Assembly: GCA_022826885.1 (NCBI GenBank)
Contig: JAJDUB010000073.1
Span: forward strand, 65,388 to 129,387
Reading direction: 5' to 3'
DNA: 64,000 nt
From: Gammaproteobacteria bacterium
GTDB taxonomy: Bacteria > Pseudomonadota > Gammaproteobacteria > Eutrophobiales > Eutrophobiaceae
The position numbers were made by a program, and so were the translations under genes. How positions within the stretch are numbered: the first letter of the stretch is position 1; every line of letters begins with the position of its first letter. Shown piece after piece: positions 19,064 to 27,400 of the stretch. The notes below the pieces were generated by a model. The model made no database searches, was not told where the DNA came from, and worked only from the letters and a program-made list of their open reading frames with translations.

Positions 19064-20218
19064 TCAACGCGACCGGCCTTTTGTCATTGATGTCCTTATA
19101 AGCAACTGCGCAAAAAAGTGCAACAGATTATTCAATGTCCAGTAAAGCACCATGGCGGCGGGAAACGGGTATAAAAGAAGTAGAAAAGCCAGCGCCATCC
19201 AGCAAAGGTTGCGCCTTTGGCGGGTACGCTCTCTGTTTGACCACAGGTCATTCCGGAACGTCAGGACAGACAGATATGTCACCGCAAACATTACGAACGG
19301 CAGCAGGTGAACAGTCTCCCCGAACAGCGGAATATTGAAGGGTATCACGGCAATTACGTCCGGATATGCCAGGTCATCGATCCAGAGAAAGGATTGACCC
19401 GCCAACTGCGGCATTTCTCCCAGTGCATTGAAAACAGCGATCCAGATCGGGACCTGAACCAGCACGCCCAACAGCGGCTTCAACGAATAGAACGGTGTAA
19501 CTCCCAGGGTCCTGTGAACTGCCATTATGCGATTGTGAGCCTCTTCACCGTCATAGTTCTCCTTGATATCGGCTATTCGCGGTTCGAGCAACGACCGGAC
19601 CCGACTGACCTCGTCCTGCAAACCGGCAACCACATTATTAACAGGGAATAGCGCCAGTTTCAGCAGGATGCTGAACACTACTATTGCAAGGCCCCAGTGA
19701 TTGACCGCGTGAGCCTGGATCGTCACCAGGGAATACTCGACGACCTTGGCCAACCAGGATAACGGCGCCCACAGGTGTGCATACCGGACCTGGTCCAGTT
19801 CGGGCGCTACCGTATGGAGATCGGATTTCTTTACAAGTTGCAGGCGCCCCGGTTCGACCTGCGTTTTCAGATACTCCAGCGTACCTTTCCGACCGCTCAG
19901 ACGCAGGCCAGGATCGGTGCCCTGCACCAACAACACCTTGAAGCGTGCGGCCACGGCCAGCCACGTACCGTTCTCCAGGATGAACGCATCACCATGCTCC
20001 AGTGGTTGAAAAACATCTTTTCCTACGAAATAGAAATTCACGTCGTTGTAATAGGAGGCGAGTCCGGCAAAATGATGCGTCTCTCCCGTGGCCTGGAACT
20101 CACACCAGGGGTCCGCAGAACTGCTCATGCAGTGCTCATGATCGGCTGACCATCCGGTTACGCACGCACACGAATTGCCTGCGGCCAGCAACAGGTATAA
20201 AAAACAGACTATACGCAA
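19064..20218 (-). CDS. YidC/Oxa1-family membrane insertase paralog
   Basis: 384 aa. WGLAIVVFSILLKLALFPVNNVVAGLQDEVSRVRSLLEPRIADIKENY..HRTLGVTPFYSLKPLLGVLVQVPIWIAVFNAL..FLWIDDLAYPD..PAAMVLYWTLNNLLHFFAQ matches the conserved YidC core helices. A signal/lipoprotein-like N-terminus and a ~150-aa periplasmic domain precede the core. Confidence 0.8.
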   Translation of the reverse strand: MRIVCFLYLLLAAGNSCACVTGWSADHEHCMSSSADPWCEFQATGETHHFAGLASYYNDVNFYFVGKDVFQPLEHGDAFILENGTWLAVAARFKVLLVQGTDPGLRLSGRKGTLEYLKTQVEPGRLQLVKKSDLHTVAPELDQVRYAHLWAPLSWLAKVVEYSLVTIQAHAVNHWGLAIVVFSILLKLALFPVNNVVAGLQDEVSRVRSLLEPRIADIKENYDGEEAHNRIMAVHRTLGVTPFYSLKPLLGVLVQVPIWIAVFNALGEMPQLAGQSFLWIDDLAYPDVIAVIPFNIPLFGETVHLLPFVMFAVTYLSVLTFRNDLWSNRERTRQRRNLCWMALAFLLLLYPFPAAMVLYWTLNNLLHFFAQLLIRTSMTKGRSR

Positions 20219-20231
20219 AACCGATCGCTCG

Positions 20232-22274
20232 CTAATGCAGGCATTGACGAAGTTCTCTCACCGTATCGACGATGCAGACCCGAGTGAAGTCCTCTCGTTT
20301 TCTCAACCTGGCTGTTATGGTATCTTCCCCGACAAAGCGCGTTATTCGTTTACCGTCCCCTACCGCAATTAAATGATGACGTTCCCTGTCACGATAACGT
20401 ATCCAGACTTTTTTCTCGTCTGTTATACCGAAATCGTTTATTTCAAGAAATTCGGCTACAGGGAATTGGGTAAAGTTTTTCTTTGTCCAATTGAATTCCC
20501 CTGTCTTCTTCCAGGAGGATTTTTTTGTAAGCGGACCGGACACTTCATATTCACCCAACTGAAGAAACCTGTCGTCATGGCCTGCTTCAACCCGTGATTG
20601 CCTCGTATGGTAATACCGCCGTACCCGGTTATCCGGCTTCTCATTCAAGAAATCAACGCCGTCGAAATCAACGCCCAGTTGCAACAACTCCGACATGGTT
20701 TTTGGTATGTCGGTTAGCGATATCTCAGCATCGACGGTTACCAGTTCGCCCCGTCCACCAGGTGGTTTAAGCAATAATAATGGATTGCTGTTGCCGATAT
20801 ACTTTGGAAAATTACGCACGTCGTCGTCAGGACCTGGCTTGAAATCCTGAAATGGCAAGTTCATCCCGTGGTCGCCATGTACCAGTATTGTTGCCGTGTC
20901 ATATATCCCGGAGCGTTTGAGTTTATCCAGCAACTTGACCACCTGGACCAGCGCACAGCGGGCCTGGTTATAGATATGGATGTATTCACGTTTGAGTTCC
21001 TTTTCCGAAAACCTGCAATTCGAGTCCGTAACAAAAGGCGGGTGAGGCGTAATCAGGTGAAACAGCTTATACACCCTGGACTGCTCTGCAAACCTGAACC
21101 TTTCAATCACTTCCTTCAGGAACTGAATGCCTATGTGATGGTTGAAAGTCAACCCCAGGTCCCGCGCATATAACCCGGAATACCTCCAGCGCCCCTGGTT
21201 GTATATTGATTTCTTAAGCAGTTTCGGCGCACTGCGAAACAATGACAAATCAAACAGGTAGGCAGTTTGATAATACACCACTTCCCGGACACTTATTGCA
21301 GAACTGTAAGGCTTGGGCATAAAGAAAAATTGCGAATAAAATTCCTGGTCCTTAATCACAATAAACGGGGTGGCGACATCGATTGTGAAACCGCTCCGTG
21401 TTGCCGCTTCCAGAATATTCGGGACATGTTTCACGGGCGTTGCCGTACCCATTCTGGCCACGCGGCTATTGAACAGGTAAGTTTTCATCGGTTCGTTATT
21501 CGTATATTCCCGGCCGGTGAGAAACGCTGCAAACGAAAGCTGTGTGACTTCGGACGCCGTCAAGGTATCGGGATAATACAAAAAACCGTCCAGTGCTGAT
21601 GCGATCTCATTGTCGTTCCTGATGACGTCCTGAAAAAGACCGGACTGAAATCCGTCCAGCACAATATGAAGTACGTTTTCTTTCCTGGAAAAATTGCTGA
21701 TCGCACTCATTTCAGTGTTCACATCCGGGCCTTCATCATCGGCCTCGTTGCCTGATGAAATCAGCGCCTCCAGGTTGGCCGGAATTTCGTCAAGGCTGTC
21801 GCTGCGTGATAATACCAGCACGCCCAGGTTGATAAGCTGGAACAGACAAATACCGGTAAACAACATCCTGATGTTGTCAAGCACCTTGTGCCTGAACGCG
21901 TATATGAGCCCACCGCTGAAACCGTAGATAATTAAATCCACGGCAATTTGCATTGTTGTGAAGGTATGCAGACCCTGGCCATCCAGGACGTTGAGGGACT
22001 CGCTTAACAAAAAAAACTGGATGGTACTGACGACTACGAGGAACAAAAGCGTATTGACAACCAACAGATGACTTCTTTTCCCTGCCAGGGTAATCATTGC
22101 GAAGATAACGATAAAAATTACGGCGCCGGCCTTGACCAGGAATACCCAGAACTCGAACAGCGGGATAATGAATTCACTGCTGTTCGTCACGAACAGGACA
22201 GCACATGGAACCACCGAGAGACAGATGGAAGCAGTTACTGCAATATACAAGTGGTTCGAAATAACACTCTTCAT
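20232..22274 (-). CDS. polytopic membrane sulfatase-like transferase (LtaS/OpgB/phosphoglycerol- or phosphoethanolamine-transferase-like)
   Basis: The N-terminal multi-TM region is followed by an alkaline-phosphatase-superfamily domain (VLHIVLDGFQSG, LTASEVTQLSFAAFLTG, HLITPHPPF, ILVHGDHG). I trimmed the start to ATG 22274-22272, which forms an ATGA overlap with the upstream stop. Confidence 0.7.
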   Translation of the reverse strand: MKSVISNHLYIAVTASICLSVVPCAVLFVTNSSEFIIPLFEFWVFLVKAGAVIFIVIFAMITLAGKRSHLLVVNTLLFLVVVSTIQFFLLSESLNVLDGQGLHTFTTMQIAVDLIIYGFSGGLIYAFRHKVLDNIRMLFTGICLFQLINLGVLVLSRSDSLDEIPANLEALISSGNEADDEGPDVNTEMSAISNFSRKENVLHIVLDGFQSGLFQDVIRNDNEIASALDGFLYYPDTLTASEVTQLSFAAFLTGREYTNNEPMKTYLFNSRVARMGTATPVKHVPNILEAATRSGFTIDVATPFIVIKDQEFYSQFFFMPKPYSSAISVREVVYYQTAYLFDLSLFRSAPKLLKKSIYNQGRWRYSGLYARDLGLTFNHHIGIQFLKEVIERFRFAEQSRVYKLFHLITPHPPFVTDSNCRFSEKELKREYIHIYNQARCALVQVVKLLDKLKRSGIYDTATILVHGDHGMNLPFQDFKPGPDDDVRNFPKYIGNSNPLLLLKPPGGRGELVTVDAEISLTDIPKTMSELLQLGVDFDGVDFLNEKPDNRVRRYYHTRQSRVEAGHDDRFLQLGEYEVSGPLTKKSSWKKTGEFNWTKKNFTQFPVAEFLEINDFGITDEKKVWIRYRDRERHHLIAVGDGKRITRFVGEDTITARLRKREDFTRVCIVDTVRELRQCLH

Positions 22275-23434
22275 CTGCCCGGCCCCCTGGCAGCTTCCAC
22301 CTCTGACAGAATTTGCAGCAGGCACCTGGCCCCGTAGACACCGCTTTCACCGGGGTTAAAGACCATGTTACCAGGCCCGGAACCGGTAATGGCCGACCGC
22401 TTCAACAGTCCCTCGATCTTCTCCGTTACCCGATCAATCTCATGCAGTCCGAGGATATCGCTACGCCCGGTTTTTCTGATCCTGCATTCCAGCGGCTCCA
22501 TGGCAATCCTGTGATGGTCCGGATTATTGACCTTCATCGGCACATCCACATACAACACCGGCTTGTTGAGAGCGAACATGTATTCGAGCGCCACTCCGGA
22601 CCAATCACTGATCATCATATCCGAGTCATGTAAAGTATCCTCACCCACAACGTTCAATTCATGGGTGAATAACGGATCCGCCTCGTATTGTGTCAAAATT
22701 GCGCCGACCTTGTCCCCGGCAAATTTAAGCGTCTGCGGATGGGGTCGAAGTGTTACCCGGTATTGGCCTCGAAGCAAGTGATCGACAATGGATGCACCAA
22801 TGCCCGATTCAATCATACCTCCAGGGCCCCAGGATGGAGCAACCAGTACATGACTGTGCGCTCCAGCGGAATTCTCTTCCCGGGAACGATCCCGGGACTG
22901 ACTGAGAATGGTATCCAGGCGGCCATATCCATGCTCCACCAGCCTCTTGGGACGCAGGTTGAATTCCGCTTCCATGGCCCGTATTTCCGTGATGTGGTGA
23001 GGCCCGGCGCAAAAAATCGTATCGTAATGATCAAACGCTCCTTTTCTATAAACCATATACAGACTTACCAGCGAATGCTGCACGTAGACGTAATGAACAT
23101 CATGTCGGGAACGCTTGACCTGGTACTGGTGCAGGTCGGGCATGGTCATGACGAAAACATTCGTTTCGATATTCCTGAACAACCAGTCCCGTACATGCCC
23201 CTCGTCAATCACGAATTTCCGGTAATCCGGATGCGCAATGAGTAAGCCGGGATCATCCTCATCCGAAGTGATATAACAAACCGGCACGTCTGACAGCGCC
23301 AGCACTTCCACAACCAGGGGTTGAAGGTGTGGCCAGTAATTCCTGCCTTCCGAATAGAAGGTGATCCGGCGGGTGCGTCCGGGCAGTTGAATATATCGGA
23401 TTACATTGCACAGGTGTTGAACGAATCTGAACAT
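22271..23434 (-). CDS. CDP-glycerol/polyol-phosphate glycerophosphotransferase-like protein (TagB/TagF family)
   Basis: 387 aa. HGYGRLD, VLVAPSWGPGG and SDMMISDWSGVALEYMF resemble the TagF-family motifs (GYPR.D, ILYAPTWR, SD.LITDYSS..FDF). Confidence 0.6.
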   Translation of the reverse strand: MFRFVQHLCNVIRYIQLPGRTRRITFYSEGRNYWPHLQPLVVEVLALSDVPVCYITSDEDDPGLLIAHPDYRKFVIDEGHVRDWLFRNIETNVFVMTMPDLHQYQVKRSRHDVHYVYVQHSLVSLYMVYRKGAFDHYDTIFCAGPHHITEIRAMEAEFNLRPKRLVEHGYGRLDTILSQSRDRSREENSAGAHSHVLVAPSWGPGGMIESGIGASIVDHLLRGQYRVTLRPHPQTLKFAGDKVGAILTQYEADPLFTHELNVVGEDTLHDSDMMISDWSGVALEYMFALNKPVLYVDVPMKVNNPDHHRIAMEPLECRIRKTGRSDILGLHEIDRVTEKIEGLLKRSAITGSGPGNMVFNPGESGVYGARCLLQILSEVEAARGPGR

Positions 23435-23468
23435 GGACGGGATCTAGCTCTGAGAGCCGGTGCGACCA

Positions 23469-24128
23469 CTATATTTTTCTGGCAAAAACCCGGCTGACGA
23501 GGGGGTCTTCCTGCTTGTATTTGGCCATGCCGGAACCGGTTACGGCATATTCTACGGAAAACCCGAGATTATCAATGAGTTTCAGTTGAAATTTATCCGT
23601 ATCCAGGTAACGCCGAAAATGATCCGGATAGTGTTTGTAACGGTCGGCATCCTCCTTAGTCCTGAATTCAAAAAAAACCCGCTCATTCGGTTTCATACAA
23701 TCAGAAAGCGCCTCCAGAAACCAGTCTTCTTCAGACTCATCCAGTGAGTGCAGAACAAAGCGGGAGTAATGCACCAGAAAACCGTTATTGTTTTTTTTTC
23801 GAGCGATCTGAACGACGTTTTCAACGTCCGGACGGCAGGACAGGTCACCCTGCAGAAATATGACTTTTTCATGAAGCCCTCTCAACCTGGCCTCATGAGC
23901 GCCAATTTTCACTGCTTCAGTGGATAAATCCATGGCTAACATCATGTGTCCTTGCGCGGCGAAGAACAGGGAGTCCCTGCCGTTACCGCTGCCCCAATCC
24001 ACTATGGTCGAATGTGAAGCAATTTCAGATGCAACCAGGGCGCAAAACTGGGTGGGCACCAGTGAATGCCGCTGCTTGTAGAACTCTCTCCAGTACGTTT
24101 TGCGCTGTTCACGGCTTCTGTTCGTCAT
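23469..24128 (-). CDS. class I SAM-dependent methyltransferase
   Basis: 219 aa with IVDWGSGNGRDSLFFAAQGHMMLAMDLS (motif I). Confidence 0.75.
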   Translation of the reverse strand: MTNRSREQRKTYWREFYKQRHSLVPTQFCALVASEIASHSTIVDWGSGNGRDSLFFAAQGHMMLAMDLSTEAVKIGAHEARLRGLHEKVIFLQGDLSCRPDVENVVQIARKKNNNGFLVHYSRFVLHSLDESEEDWFLEALSDCMKPNERVFFEFRTKEDADRYKHYPDHFRRYLDTDKFQLKLIDNLGFSVEYAVTGSGMAKYKQEDPLVSRVFARKI

Positions 24129-24176
24129 TGTTCGGTCTTGTTATAATGGCACAACTGATTGCGGAACCGGTCCGGA

Positions 24177-24422
24177 TCATTCTTCCTGAGACTTTTCAGG
24201 TTCAGGGTCCGGTTTGTCGGCGGATCGGGTCTGCCTGGTAAACAGCGCTTTCAGTTTGTACCAGTATGTTTTGACAGTTAATCCCAACGCTACAAAAAAG
24301 CCGATGATTAACGACATGATGGCACTGCCTGAGCCCGGATCAATATAAGCGACGGCAGGTAACCAGGCCGTAACCAGAACGGCAAATACAATAAACCGGA
24401 CGACCCACATAATTCGTTTCAT
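24177..24422 (-). CDS. small two-TM membrane protein (hypothetical)
   Basis: 81 aa from ATG 24422-24420 (the ORF track begins at TTG 24434). It has two hydrophobic helices flanking YIDPGSGS and an acidic/basic tail. The ATGA start/stop overlap with the upstream giant gene argues that it is translated. Confidence 0.55.
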   Translation of the reverse strand: MKRIMWVVRFIVFAVLVTAWLPAVAYIDPGSGSAIMSLIIGFFVALGLTVKTYWYKLKALFTRQTRSADKPDPEPEKSQEE

Positions 24423-27400
24423 GACTTTTTCCAATAGAATGAGAGCATCTGATTCGTGATAACATCCGGGGCGTGCTCGGAGCTTGGAGACTCCATTCTG
24501 AGATCGATTCCATCGCCAGCCATAATCTCTACCATGTCTTCTCCAAAATCAGTATACACCAAAGACTTCCCCCCCCCGGGCGCACTGTGGTAATGCCTGG
24601 GTAATACGAACACATCCTCCGGGCCGCTGGTATCCACCCTGAACACGGTTTTGGAACGCATCGGACGCTGTGAGGGTATGCTGAAGATATGCAAACCGCC
24701 TGGTTTAAGGATCCTGTTTACATCCTGGAAGCCGACAAAAGGCTTGCGAACATGTTCAAAGATATCCGAGGACAACACCAGGTCGAAGGAATTGTCTCCG
24801 TAAGTCAGGTTCATCAGATCCTGGCATTGAACGTCCTCGCGATACTCACCGGGAGCAACGTCTTCCCAGAAGTAGGAGTTAATGTAACCGGGCAGCTTCC
24901 GGAACAGTTTGCGGAACGGCCCTATCAGCCCGGGTTCATAAATCTTGAGATTCTGAAATTCGGCTTCGTTCACTAAATCGGCAAGGTGCCTGGAGCCTTC
25001 CCTGGAGAAATGATCAAGAATGAGTTGCGCCTGTTCCCGGTAACGCAGACTGGCTTCACAATTCCCACACCGGTATGTCTCCCTGATAGATTGTTCCTCG
25101 CGGCGCAGATAACCGGTATGCCCACACACCGCGCAGGAGTCAATGTACCCGTCCTTGTCGAAGTCAGCAGCGGCAGGCTTGCTGTGCGCTGCTTCGCGCC
25201 TGGCGAATTCCTTACCGACCAGTGTTAATATACGTGTCACCCTCTCGTCCCATGAGTTGGCTTCCAACAGATTCCGCATCCGTTCAATGTTGCCGGAGAC
25301 GGGGTTATTTTCCAGACAGTGGCTGATCCGCTCAATGAACTCGTCCGGGTTACGGCCAACCTGCACGAACTCGCGAAAATCCCCTATATTGGCAATGTGA
25401 GTGCTCACGACCGGCACATGCAGGGAAAAATACACATAGAGCTTCAGTGGATTCATACTCCGGGTAAGTTCGCTGTCCAGGTGGGGAATCATCGCCACGT
25501 CGAAGTGACGGATGTAGCGAAGCGCTTCCTCGTAGACACGAACTCCGAGGAAACGGACATTGCTGAATTTGTCCAGCTTCCTGATCTCCCTGCTCTTGTG
25601 CATGGAGCCGATGAAGACCAGGTTCCAGTCGGGCCGTTTGCTTGCCACGGTCGTCAACAGGTCGATATCGATGCGCGTGATGTCCAGGTTCCCGGCGTAC
25701 CCGATCACCGGTCCCTTGATGCGTCTCAACTCGGCGGGTTTTTTCCAGTGCCGCGCCTCATCTTCCAGTATCTCGGCCGCGTTGGGGAGCAAATGAATAT
25801 TATCAGCGTACTCCTGCATGTCTTCAAAGACACTGCGGCAATTGGCAAAAGTGACGTGAGTGCGCGCCAGGATCTCTTCATAGTTGCGGCGTAATTTCTC
25901 CTTGTATCGAGGCTTGCCGGGCCATTTACGTTGATCGTCGATCACGTCGGACACGACCAGGCCGGGCTTGAACCGATCCGCAATCATGGGGAAATCGAAT
26001 TTATTGGGGCAAACCCAGAAGACCGTGCGCCGTTGGCCGATCTGCTGCTCTCTCATCACCCGGGCCAGGTAATCGAGATAGTCCCCCTCAGCGGGCAGCA
26101 CCCAGTTCCGGAAACCTGAGGCACGATGCCGACCGGCGAAGATGAACGTATCGGAACGAACTTTACCCCTGTCCTGCAGGCGCAATCTCCGTTTCAGGGT
26201 ATTGGAAAGAACCAGGCCGGCATGACTGTGACGGCCACCTTGCCCGGACTTGAGAACGTCATGACCGGAACTGAAGATATTGACCGGCGCATCAAAATGA
26301 AGAATACGGTTAACCCGGGGGTCCCTGGCCAGGTACTTCACCAGCATATCCTGGCGCCGTCCGTAAATGCCGGTATCGTTTTGTTTCCAGAAAAATACGA
26401 TGTCTATCTTGTCGTCGACATAAGAACCGGCCTTGCGTACGTTAACGTCCGCTGCCTGGGCGGAGGGTGGAAGCAGACTTGCATCAGAAGCAGGCTGACC
26501 TCCCGCGACGACCTGCGCGCTCACCCGGGGCAAACCGGTCTCACCGGAGAATATCCTGCGGTGATAGGCGACCAGTTCGCGGAATGCATCCGGTATCGGA
26601 ACCGGATTGTTCAAAACCCGGTCGATGGTATCCTGCAGCCTGGGCAGGTTGGCGGCGTAGCTGTATTCACGTAAAAAAATCTCCCGGTTTTGCGTCGCCT
26701 TGTGTTTGTATGCATCGTAATCGCTGAAGATCTCATCGATCTTCCTGTCCAGTGGCGTATCGCCCAATAACTCCAGCAGTCCCTTCTTCGCGAGATTCAC
26801 CAGGGGCGGCACATCTGTCGCCAATACCGGAATACCCATCGAAAGTCCGTCCGAGAACTTGCCGGGCATTTGAAACCGGGTGGTAACCTGCTCCATGTCC
26901 TGGAGCAGGCAAATCAGGTCGCCGGCACTCAGGTAGCCGGGTAAATCAGTGAATGGCACGTTGGGAACCACTTTCACATGCGCGGACTTGATGCCGGCGA
27001 AAAATCGGCGCGCCTCGTTGTCCACCGGGGAACCGACGATCAGCAGCTTGTAGTCCGGGCGCTTCAGGGTCTCCAAAGCCGTCACAATGCGCGTGAAGCC
27101 CTTGTGCATTCGGGGTGTGCCGGCGAACAGGATAACCTTATCTTCCGCAGTGAAGCCAAGTTCCGCACGGATCGCATCACGCGGGTAGGCAGCCGGGTCA
27201 AAATCGTGATCGTCGCGGATATGCGGCAATACCATGCCGCCGAATTTCTTCCTCAATTCCTCATTGGAGACTGTGACCTGATCGAACATCTGTATAAGTG
27301 ATTCGCCGTAACGGGTCCAGGTCTCGTCATGCGGACAGAAAAAGTCCGGCCTGTGACGTTTTCGTTTCACCTGCTTCAGTGAAAGTGGTTTACGGTTCCT

